Part shown: positions 48,135 through 56,968 of the stretch, in pieces
How positions within the stretch are numbered: the stretch's first letter is position 1
Layout: every line of letters begins with the position of its first letter
Made by a program: the position numbers and the translations under genes
Notes under the pieces: generated by a model
Databases searched by the model: none
Seen by the model: the letters and a program-made list of their open reading frames with translations, nothing else
What the model was told of the DNA's origin: nothing
From: an uncultured bacterium
GTDB taxonomy: Bacteria > CSSED10-310 > CAZUFC01
Reading direction: 5' to 3'
NCBI GenBank assembly: GCA_964619725.1
Contig: CAZUFC010000009.1
Location: 58,815 to 122,814 of the forward strand
DNA: 64,000 nucleotides

Positions 48135-49872
48135 AGCTTAATTGTCCGAACGTATGTCCTTTTTTGTTATTTTTAGCGACCAGGGGCGCCGCCGCGACAC
48201 GAAAGCCGATGCGCCTGAGACGGCGACCAGCATGGTCCCCGCTGCGATACGAGGAACGCAGGTGAGAAGCAACATCCCAAAAGCAGCCGCCGCGGAGCGC
48301 ACATAAAGGGACCCCTTCAAATTCACCGACATCATCCACACACCATTCCCAAACATTACCGGCCATATCAAGATGACCGCCGGGCGCTGCGCCTGCCGGA
48401 TAAATACCGACAGGCGTTGGATGATCGACATTATTGTCGAAATTAGCGCGTTCTTCATCCGGCTCATCATCGCCCCATGGATATTTACCTCCTCCGGGGT
48501 CTGTCGCGGCTTTTTCCCATTCATTACCGGTCGGAAGCCTGAAATTTTCGTTTTTAACTTTCGACAACCAACTGCAATAGGCAGTGGCTTCGTACCATGA
48601 AATGCCGGTAACGGGCCAGTTGGGCGTTTCCAATTGCTCCGTCCACCGGTCCGGTTTACTCCAATTTTCCTTGATTCTAACTTCCCATGAATCGGGCCAG
48701 AATTCCGGGTTATCGTAGCCGTCATTTTTAATGAACTCGTCGTATTCCATGACGGTAACGGGATACTTGCCTAAACGCAACTCGGGCATACCGGGAACCG
48801 GCAGCCAATTTTCATCCCGTTTATGATGGTGAAAACGGGGATCGCCGGCCCTGCCTAATGCTTCGGCAGCCTTGATCCTGGTTTCCACGGGCACTTTTGC
48901 GGCTCCTTCATGTTCAAAAATACCCATGACCAGCGACCTGGCTTCCTGCCAACCGAGGTCAGGGGGCGGATCATATTTGTATGCTCCAAGGACCATTAAA
49001 AGTCTGCCGATGACTCCGACGGCTTCCGCTGCCCTTACCAGTTTTTGCTCCTCCGGCGCGTGTTCGTATGTTTTCAGAATTTTCTCCAGGAAGAAATCCA
49101 GCGTTTTTCGTCTGTCCGGCATTAAGAGCGCGGCGAAATGGTCGACGACTTCTGTCCATTGTCGGTCGTATATTTTTTCCGACAGGACGGTCCACCATCC
49201 TTCCGGGCCGTCGATATTCAGTCGGCCGGTAAGTTCCCTGGCAGCATAATGTTCCTGGAAGGTCAAATGATCGAATCGGAGTTGTTCCTGCCCTTCTTTT
49301 TTTTCTGCCTGGACGATAATGCCGCTTTCCAGCATCTCGAACCGGAGGAATGCTTCAGCCCTGGTAGATGTTAAACTTTCATCGGCATGAAACCGGCTTA
49401 TGAAAGCGTCCGTCAATTGTTCGGCGGCCCAGGGCAGTTCGGCTACCACCCGTTTACCGTCTTTGTGGTCGGTCATCCGAAAGGCCAATGTTTTAAGGCA
49501 TTCCTCGGTAAAAGGCCTGTCGTATTCAAATTCTTCTCTTTTTTCTTCACGAGCTTTCAGCATCCATCGCAACACCGCTTTCAGCAGATCGGCCTTGCCT
49601 TTTGGCAAACGTCTTTCATGCCAGTGTACAACGCAAAGACTGGTCAGCATGACCGGGTTACGGGCCATACGGCGGATATCGGACGACTCGACCTGTCGAA
49701 GAGATTCATCCAGAGGTCTGCCGGGGATCGAACCGAATGCATCCATACTGACGGGATGATGACCCATGGTACGGACGGCCTCGACCACCTTCTCGCGATG
49801 CTGTATTAAATCTTCGCCGGTCGATGATATGAATACTTTTAGAATATTGTGTCTGTTTCGATTCCCAATCAT
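48133..49872 (-). CDS. DGR target 2: truncated DUF4062 - post-NACHT helical region - FGE-sulfatase/CLec (NTPase core missing)
   Basis: KVFISSTGEDL..HREKV...PVSMDAF...ESSD joins directly to IRRMARNPVMLTSLC; HLTFQEHYAA; LPTGNEWEKAA, DMAGNVWEWC. Start taken at ATG 49872. Confidence 0.85.
   Translation of the reverse strand: MIGNRNRHNILKVFISSTGEDLIQHREKVVEAVRTMGHHPVSMDAFGSIPGRPLDESLRQVESSDIRRMARNPVMLTSLCVVHWHERRLPKGKADLLKAVLRWMLKAREEKREEFEYDRPFTEECLKTLAFRMTDHKDGKRVVAELPWAAEQLTDAFISRFHADESLTSTRAEAFLRFEMLESGIIVQAEKKEGQEQLRFDHLTFQEHYAARELTGRLNIDGPEGWWTVLSEKIYDRQWTEVVDHFAALLMPDRRKTLDFFLEKILKTYEHAPEEQKLVRAAEAVGVIGRLLMVLGAYKYDPPPDLGWQEARSLVMGIFEHEGAAKVPVETRIKAAEALGRAGDPRFHHHKRDENWLPVPGMPELRLGKYPVTVMEYDEFIKNDGYDNPEFWPDSWEVRIKENWSKPDRWTEQLETPNWPVTGISWYEATAYCSWLSKVKNENFRLPTGNEWEKAATDPGGGKYPWGDDEPDEERANFDNNVDHPTPVGIYPAGAAPGGHLDMAGNVWEWCVDDVGEFEGVPLCALRGGCFWDVASHLRSSYRSGDHAGRRLRRIGFRVAAAPLVAKNNKKGHTFGQLS
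48185..48312 (-). repeat. DGR variable region VR2
   Basis: Gapless alignment to TR with 13 substitutions at TR adenines and only 2 at non-A positions (ggc>tgc; ggg>gcg near the 3' end). Confidence 0.95.
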
Positions 49873-50171
49873 AGCGCAGCCTTCGTTTTTAAAATCTACT
49901 TTTGCAAATTCATGCTCGGTCGGTTGAAAGATAGCATATTTCCCGCAGGTGAGGCAAGGATTGTGCCGGATGCCCGGTCGCGCCATAATTACTTGATGCC
50001 TGTCGAAAAGTTATCGAAGACAGCAGCAATCGGTATCGCAGGCGAAACAACTATTTTCCCGCAAATTTCAACCAAAAACCTGATGTTTGCTCGCTGAAAT
50101 CATTGCAAATTTGGGGTGTTGAGCAAATATGGGTATTTTGTTGTTTCAGATGGGGCATTCTCAATCTGAAA

Positions 50172-50230
50172 AAGGACGAAGGGACCAAGGGACTTAAGGG
50201 ACCTAAGGGACCTAAGGGACAGAAGGGACT
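50172..50230. repeat. 9-bp tandem repeat (aagggacNN x~6)
   Basis: aagggacc aagggactt aagggacct aagggacct aagggacag aagggact. Confidence 0.8.
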
Positions 50231-50308
50231 CCTGGAAGATACAATCGTTTTTATAAGTAAAAACCTTCATTTGAAAATTAAGCGTTTTGAGAAAGATACG
50301 GAATTTTT

Positions 50309-50520
50309 GGACTGATCGTACCGAGGCTGCATCTTTTCATATAGCCTTTGACTGATAGAAATTTCCATTAAAAACTGATCCCTGCCCTCAATTGCCTGTT
50401 TGAAGACTTCACCGCCGGCTTTTCATCAGTGGCCATTTATTTCTATACCGAGATTGACCCCGATTACCGAAACAAAATTTTAAACGTTTTGAAAAGTGTA
50501 ATCCCGGTTGTTGATCAGTC
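50309..50520. repeat. degenerate member of the dispersed repeat family (two right-type ends in inverted orientation)
   Basis: ggactgatcgtaccgagg... at 50309 and gattaccgaaacaa...cccggttgttgatcagtc ending 50520. Confidence 0.6.
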
Positions 50521-50672
50521 GCAAAAAAACACGTCCGCTGGTCCCGCTTTATCCGCTGAATAATCAGGATTATACTTGACTTAGAATACTCAAAGACGAC
50601 TTTTGTCCAGTGTTTTATTATTGTGCGTCCCGGCATAAAAATTGTGCGGTTTTTATTTATTTCCAAACCGCT

Positions 50673-53600
50673 TCAATCCACACGGATTTTTTCGGAAGAA
50701 GAACTTTCTATGTCACCTGTTCCTACTGTTCTGAGGAAGTATTCGCCTGAGACTTCCTTCTGGGAAAGAGGCAACAGGAAGTTAGTCGCCTCGGTGAAAC
50801 CTGCGGGTCGGCTGCCGTACCATCTTATTTTGTACAGGCGATATCCCTTTATATTTTTTTGTTTGACGGCATCCCAGGCTATTTTTATTTCTGTTTCCGT
50901 TTTGGTCATACGGATGTTTTTCGGGGGCGGCGGAGGATATTCAGCCTTACCGAAAACCGGTTCGCTGAAATCGCTCAGGAGCATATCCGAATCGACGGCG
51001 ACGATACTGTATCGGAATTTATCGCCTGGCTTCACGTTTGTATCCGTAAATTCCCTTTCATGTCCCGGTAACGCAGCATATTCGTAGAGTTCCTTGTTTT
51101 CTTCCGCCCTGAATATCCGGAATTGACTTATTTCCTCGTCGCCGGAGTCATCATATCGCCAGGTCAGCCTTATGATTCCCGCCAGATCACGACTCGCCTG
51201 GAGATCGACCGGTGCGGGAGGATTCTGCCTGGCCCCGGCTTTCACTGTTGCTGAAGGTTCACCTTCTATATTGGCCGTATTGACTGCCGTTATCCTGTAG
51301 TAATATTGCTCGTCGTCCCTTACGGGTATTCCTTCATCGCCCAGGTCTACGTATGAATCAGCTTTTCTGTCGTTGATTTCCGCTATCATTTGAAATTCAT
51401 TTTGCTGCGAGCTTCTTCGATATAAACGGTAACCCCTGACGTCCGGATGCTTATGAGATATCCATTGCAGGCTGATCCTCCTGGCCTGCGGCGCAGCCGC
51501 TCGAAATCCTCCGGGGGGTTCCGGCGGTCCAGCGGTTATTATTTTCACTGTCTCAGAAAAAGGTCCTTTTTGGTCCGAACCGTCAAATGCCGCTATTTTG
51601 TAATAATAGATGGTTTGATCCTGCAATCCCGCGTCGACGAAATCATTCTTTTTCCTTCCCTTTATACGTTGAATCTCTTTAAAATCCGGTTCTTTTTCTT
51701 TTTTCCTTAATATACTATAGCCGAAAGCCCATTTTTCCGGAACTGCAGTCCATTTCAACGACGCCTGACGAACGCGGCCGGATTCGCCGGTCAGCCCTAC
51801 CGGTGAAGATAATGCGCCTCCTATCACGATTTCCACGGGCGGCAGTGTCAGTATTTCGCCGGCGAATTCTTGAATCGACTGAGTTTTCAAAAATAGTTTT
51901 GTTTCAAACAAACCTGAGTAATCAGTCAGTCTTAATTCAGTCTCCATATTATCCCAATCGATAATTTTTTCCGTTTTGCGATAACCTGAGGCAGCATCAC
52001 CGATCAGCAGCCTCCATTCCTGTTTCGGGAATTCACTCTTGAAGCTCCATGTCAGAACCAGCCGGTCATGCTCGATGAATTCATAATCTTGAAGCCTGGG
52101 CCGATTCATACCGCCTTCGAACGTGATCGCTTCGGGATCGGAAAAACCGCTTTCTTTCTCACCGAAAACCGCCTTCATTCTGTAATAATAAACCGTCCCC
52201 TCTTTCAGCCTGTCGAACATCCGTGATCTGTCGATAAAGGTCCTTTGTTCGCTGTCGCTTATTCTCCCGATCAGCTTATAATCGCCGTCATTTTCTTCCG
52301 CCCGGAAAATGATCCATCCCTTGACCTTCTGAAGCTCAGGACAATGCCATTTCAGTTTAAAACTGTATTCATCCGGTTGTTTGATCTCCAGCCCGCAGGG
52401 GCATACCTCATCATCTGAGCCGTCAATGATAGCCGCTTCAATTTTTTCGCCGTCGGCAGGGAAGAGCGTTTCATTTAATCCGTAATCCTCCGTCCTGATG
52501 GAATAGGAAATCGAATCTCCGCTCAGTTCCTTTCCAGGCAGTATTCCATAGAACCGACAGCCGTCGGTACCATGTAAGAACGTATTACCCGTTTTTCCGT
52601 TTACTTCATACCTCAATTCAACTTCCTTTACGCCTGAGTCTTCAATCACTTCGACCTGCACCGGCCAGTCAGCGTATCGCACCATAAATGTCCTGGGAAC
52701 ATGAAAAACCGACGGCGGAGATGATTCTTCCGCTTTAACGGGAATGCTGAAAAAACCTTGTTCCGGCGGCAGGCGAGCTGCATTGCCGTAAATGTCTTCC
52801 GCTTTGATGCAGTATTCGACTTGATCGCAAAGCGTCATCAGCCCGGATGCCGAAAAATGAAAACCATCTCCATCGACGGCAAACGGTTGCGTTACTATTT
52901 TTCCGTCATCCGTTTTAATCTCCGCAAAAACCCTTCCGATTCGACTGTCGTCCCCTATATCCGCATCTAATTCCATCACCCGGCCATACTTGAATTCTTC
53001 CGGCGGATTATGAACTATTTCCGGCGGTTGCAAATCGACCGGCGGCAGGGAAGACCTTCTTTTTGGCTCCGTCAGACTGAAACGCTCCGCCGGCATTCTC
53101 CTCTCCGCTTTAAACTTCAACTCAATAACTTCTGTATCGCCCGGCAATAATGTGAATTCTCTGACTATATCCTTCATACCGCTTTTTACCGCTCGAAGGG
53201 TCCTCTGACCCGCCAGAACATGCTTCAGCACCAACGGGGCTTCTCCCTTGTATTCACCGTCGATCCATACCTGCACGCTCTCTTCGGCCGTCCTGACTGA
53301 AACCGCTCCGGTTACTTTTTCAAGTGAGTTGCGGAATATGTCCATCACTTGCGGAGCAAACAGTTCCGGGTCCGGCCTGTAATCAGGGTCAAGCAACAGC
53401 AATTCTTCAAAATATAACTCCGCCTCATGCTTTTTTCCCAGCCCAATAGAGTTCAAAGCCAGGAAAAAATTGGCCCGGATCAGTTCCTTCTGCGGGAGAG
53501 GCGATTCAGTCCTCAACGTTTTCATCGCCCGCTGCAAATAACCGCCGGCCCTGTCGAAACGGCCTTCTTCAAAGGCTTCTATCCCGTGTTCCAGGAAGGA

Positions 53601-53684
53601 CGAATCGGCTTCCGAAAAAACCGCCGTCGCCGTTAATGCTGTAATTAAAATCAATAAAAGGTAACAACTTGCGTTCTTCTTCAT
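50673..53684 (-). CDS. secreted TPR + PEGA + multiple fibronectin type III domain protein
   Basis: Signal peptide MKKNASCYLLL..., TPR-like helices, PEGA (VWIDGEYKGEAPL), repeated W...GYRLYR...YYYRITAV FN3 units. ORF extends upstream to 53777. Confidence 0.8.
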   Translation of the reverse strand: MKKNASCYLLLILITALTATAVFSEADSSFLEHGIEAFEEGRFDRAGGYLQRAMKTLRTESPLPQKELIRANFFLALNSIGLGKKHEAELYFEELLLLDPDYRPDPELFAPQVMDIFRNSLEKVTGAVSVRTAEESVQVWIDGEYKGEAPLVLKHVLAGQRTLRAVKSGMKDIVREFTLLPGDTEVIELKFKAERRMPAERFSLTEPKRRSSLPPVDLQPPEIVHNPPEEFKYGRVMELDADIGDDSRIGRVFAEIKTDDGKIVTQPFAVDGDGFHFSASGLMTLCDQVEYCIKAEDIYGNAARLPPEQGFFSIPVKAEESSPPSVFHVPRTFMVRYADWPVQVEVIEDSGVKEVELRYEVNGKTGNTFLHGTDGCRFYGILPGKELSGDSISYSIRTEDYGLNETLFPADGEKIEAAIIDGSDDEVCPCGLEIKQPDEYSFKLKWHCPELQKVKGWIIFRAEENDGDYKLIGRISDSEQRTFIDRSRMFDRLKEGTVYYYRMKAVFGEKESGFSDPEAITFEGGMNRPRLQDYEFIEHDRLVLTWSFKSEFPKQEWRLLIGDAASGYRKTEKIIDWDNMETELRLTDYSGLFETKLFLKTQSIQEFAGEILTLPPVEIVIGGALSSPVGLTGESGRVRQASLKWTAVPEKWAFGYSILRKKEKEPDFKEIQRIKGRKKNDFVDAGLQDQTIYYYKIAAFDGSDQKGPFSETVKIITAGPPEPPGGFRAAAPQARRISLQWISHKHPDVRGYRLYRRSSQQNEFQMIAEINDRKADSYVDLGDEGIPVRDDEQYYYRITAVNTANIEGEPSATVKAGARQNPPAPVDLQASRDLAGIIRLTWRYDDSGDEEISQFRIFRAEENKELYEYAALPGHEREFTDTNVKPGDKFRYSIVAVDSDMLLSDFSEPVFGKAEYPPPPPKNIRMTKTETEIKIAWDAVKQKNIKGYRLYKIRWYGSRPAGFTEATNFLLPLSQKEVSGEYFLRTVGTGDIESSSSEKIRVD

Positions 53685-53763
53685 TTGCAGGATATTACGA
53701 TTCACTGGATATTCATATCTATTCATACGGTCAACTCTGAAAGTGTCCTTGAAAACCTTTGCT

Positions 53764-55929
53764 TCAGGGCAGTTCAAAACTCAATGAGGGCTTATCGCCT
53801 TCCTTTATCGTCAGCTCTTTCGTTTTTTCCCCGGCTTTGGGATTTGAAGACGTTATGCTGTAAGCGCCCGGAGGCAGCTTGAATGATACGGGCGTTTGTC
53901 CCATCTTCTCGCCGTTTACGAAAATATAGCTCCATGGCCTGGAATTCACGAAAACGGTGGACAGTTCCGGAAAATCATGCGTTTTTTCCGTCAAACGGTT
54001 TTTACTCACCGTCACTTCATACGTTTTGGAATTGCCCCAGGCATCCTCAAAAACCACGGTATGCCGCCCTGCTGCCACACCATCAAGCGTCACCTCAGTC
54101 TCACCCGCCTTCTCTCCGTCGACGCTAATCTCCGCAAAACGGTTCGACTTCAACTTCAATGTTCCCTCCGGCCTCACCTGCAAGGCTCCGGTAATCTTCG
54201 TTGTCTGTCCGGGAAGAAGACTCACCCGCTCTTCATACGGATCATACCCGTTCTTTTTGAGCACAAGATTGAACTCCAACCGGCCTATATCTTCGATAAC
54301 TTTGAACGATGAATCCGCCGGAGTGGTCCCGAAATGCCGGCCCTCGATGAATATTTCGGCTCCTCCCGGCACAGAAGATAAATTCAAAAGGGAAGCTTCC
54401 GATACCATTTCGACTCGCTTTTGAACCAGTTCATCCGCCGGAATGTCCAAGTTTTCTGTCCAGGTCTGATAACCCGGCATCTTCAGGGATATTTCGTGAA
54501 CTCCAGGCGGTATCATATCCTTTTTGAAAGGGGTGGTTCCTGCGAGACGCTGATCCAGCCATACCATGGCGCCGGAAGGTTCAGAAATAATCCGTAATTT
54601 TCCGCTTTCACTCAAAGGTTCCAGCACATCATCGACAATTTCCCTGGTTTCACCCGCTTCAATTTTCAAATGTAATATGCGGGGCAAATAACCCTCTTTA
54701 ACCAGCGTAATCTTATGCTCACCCGCACCAATCTCAGCTTTCCTCAAGGGCGTCGTTCCTGCAAGGTACCCGTCCGTATAAACTTCAGCGCCGGAAGGTT
54801 CTGTCGTTATAGTGATGAAACCGCGCTTTTCACCGTTGATCATTAAAAAAAAGAATAAAATGAGGGAAAGGATCACAAAGGCGACGCCGGCAGACAATAT
54901 CATCAACGGTCCCTTCTTCCCGGACGTTCCGCCTGAACCTCCCGTATCCGTTTTAGCCGGGACCTCCAAAGTCGATTCATCCGTTCCTCTTTCCGCCCCT
55001 GCTTTTAAAACAGTTTCGCCGTCCCTCCGGGTATCCGTCGAAAGCAGTACCGTCTCATCCTCTGACGACTCAATCGGCTCCTTCTGTATTCCAATATACT
55101 CCTGGCTCCACCGACCCCTCAATTCACAAAGCCTTTCCGCAAATTTTTCGGCAGACTCATACCGGTCCTCCGGTTTCTTCTCCAGCGCCTTGTCCACGAC
55201 TTCTTCAATCTCCGAAGGCAACTCACTGTTTATAAGCGCCGGCGACGGATGCTTTTCAAATACTATCTTGTAAATAATGGAAGGGATATCTTCTCCCTTG
55301 AAAGGTCTTTCCCCCGTCAATAACTCATACAAAACCACGCCCGTCGAAAAAACGTCCGTTCTGCCGTCCACCGGCCTGCCGCTTATCTGCTCCGGCGCCA
55401 TATAACTGGGAGAACCCAGGACGCTGCCCGTATGAGTCATATCAGACGCCAGTATCTTGGCTACCCCGAAATCGGTTATTCTTATTTCATCATTCTCTAG
55501 AACCATTATGTTCGCCGGCTTAACGTCACGGTGGACGATTCCCTGAACGTGAGCATGATGCAATCCCTGGCAGAGCTGTATTACTATGTTCAGGGCGCGG
55601 TTCATATCAAACTTTTCTCCATACTTGATCATTTCCGATAACGCACGTCCCCGAATATACTCCATTACGATATAAAAAATCTCGCCCTCTTCCTGTGCAT
55701 CGAAAATGTTGACTATGCTTCGATGCGACAGTTTGCCGGCCGTCTTCGCCTCCCTGCAGAACCGGCCGATCACGTCGCCGCACGAATCGGTTCCTCGACC
55801 GCCCTCCTGATGTATCGTCTTTATCGCTACGATACGGTTGATGTTGGGATCATACGCCTTGTATACCACACCCATCGCGCCGCGACCGATCTCTTCTCTT
55901 ATTTCATATCTCCCAAGCTTTTTCTGCAT
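53764..55929 (-). CDS. Hanks-type Ser/Thr kinase, TM helix, extracellular PEGA repeats
   Basis: IGRGAMGVVY, VAIK, HRDVKPAN, DFG, YMAPEQ; TM; EPSGA.V..DG...GTTP repeats. Confidence 0.93.
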   Translation of the reverse strand: MQKKLGRYEIREEIGRGAMGVVYKAYDPNINRIVAIKTIHQEGGRGTDSCGDVIGRFCREAKTAGKLSHRSIVNIFDAQEEGEIFYIVMEYIRGRALSEMIKYGEKFDMNRALNIVIQLCQGLHHAHVQGIVHRDVKPANIMVLENDEIRITDFGVAKILASDMTHTGSVLGSPSYMAPEQISGRPVDGRTDVFSTGVVLYELLTGERPFKGEDIPSIIYKIVFEKHPSPALINSELPSEIEEVVDKALEKKPEDRYESAEKFAERLCELRGRWSQEYIGIQKEPIESSEDETVLLSTDTRRDGETVLKAGAERGTDESTLEVPAKTDTGGSGGTSGKKGPLMILSAGVAFVILSLILFFFLMINGEKRGFITITTEPSGAEVYTDGYLAGTTPLRKAEIGAGEHKITLVKEGYLPRILHLKIEAGETREIVDDVLEPLSESGKLRIISEPSGAMVWLDQRLAGTTPFKKDMIPPGVHEISLKMPGYQTWTENLDIPADELVQKRVEMVSEASLLNLSSVPGGAEIFIEGRHFGTTPADSSFKVIEDIGRLEFNLVLKKNGYDPYEERVSLLPGQTTKITGALQVRPEGTLKLKSNRFAEISVDGEKAGETEVTLDGVAAGRHTVVFEDAWGNSKTYEVTVSKNRLTEKTHDFPELSTVFVNSRPWSYIFVNGEKMGQTPVSFKLPPGAYSITSSNPKAGEKTKELTIKEGDKPSLSFELP

Positions 55930-56105
55930 CTTGACGCCCCAGGACTTTTCTGCCCGCAATTCAGAATGCAAAGTTCTAAAAATTCTAAATTTTTCACTAT
56001 TGACTGTCAAGGCGACAGTCAGAATGCATTCGATCCCTTAACCCGAATTGAAAAAATTTGACAAGGCATTAGAATATTCTTATATTTTTGACTAGGAGGC
56101 GTGAC

Positions 56106-56414
56106 GTGGAACTGGGAAAACAGGATGATTATGAAAAAGCAGCGCGATGCATCAAGATGCTGTCCAATCCCACCAGGCTGAAGATACTCTGCACGCTCGA
56201 GGAAGGCCCTAAAAGCGTTCGGGAAATCAACAAAAGAGTCGAAACTACGCAGGCGAATCTTTCACAGCATCTGATACTCATGAGGGACCGGGGCATTTTG
56301 AAGTCATCCAGGACTTCCAATTTCGTGTATTATTCGATCGCGGACCCGAATTTGACGGCCATGTTGCAATTGATAAAGCGTATGTTTTGCTGCGGGACTG
56401 AGCAATCGGACTAA
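56106..56414 (+). CDS. ArsR/SmtB family transcriptional regulator
   Basis: LSNPTRLKIL, SVREI, QANLSQHL, VYYSI; AGGAGG RBS before GTG 56106; C-terminal CC. Confidence 0.9.
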   Translation: MELGKQDDYEKAARCIKMLSNPTRLKILCTLEEGPKSVREINKRVETTQANLSQHLILMRDRGILKSSRTSNFVYYSIADPNLTAMLQLIKRMFCCGTEQSD

Positions 56415-56641
56415 CCCGGATTTCTCATACAAAACCTGTTACGAGCGTCCATATCCCCGCACCTTCACGCGTCAATGAGGATAAAATGGAATTCCAATTC
56501 TGTTTAACATGCGAAATCCTTTTTTAATATGTTACACTGTCGAAGCTGACGAAATAATAATTCATTGGGTTTTTAACGTCCGCCAATACCCCGAAAAGAA
56601 ACCCTGAGCCACGCCTGTCCATAACTCGATTTCATATTCAT

Positions 56642-56789
56642 GCATAGATCAAAAAAGCGTCTTTTGCGGTAACAATTCGACAAAACCTCTCATCATTTCG
56701 ATCCCGCCCCTGATACATATCCCGACCTCGATTACTGAAACAAATTGTCAAAAGTTTTAAAAGAAGCGTAACCTCGGTTTGATCAGTCC
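56642..56789 (+). repeat. ~148-bp dispersed intergenic repeat, copy B
   Basis: Colinear with 41591-41737; variable hexamer-like centre. Confidence 0.85.
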
Positions 56790-56968
56790 TATTCACATTT
56801 TATAGATGGACAAGCGTTGGTTATTCCAGACAAAAAAGATTGCAGATTGCAACTGATCCCCTCCGCAACCTTTGAAAAACCAAAATTTATATAGCTGTTC
56901 TCCGGCAAGGTTGACGTATCCGTTTCTTCCCTGCATACTTCAGAAGTATTGATTTCCGGGAGGAAATA

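Noticed and set aside
50103-50315. Collagen-like GxK ORF (KGPKGPKGQKG)
   Set aside because: Artefact of the 9-bp tandem DNA repeat; weak start and no RBS.
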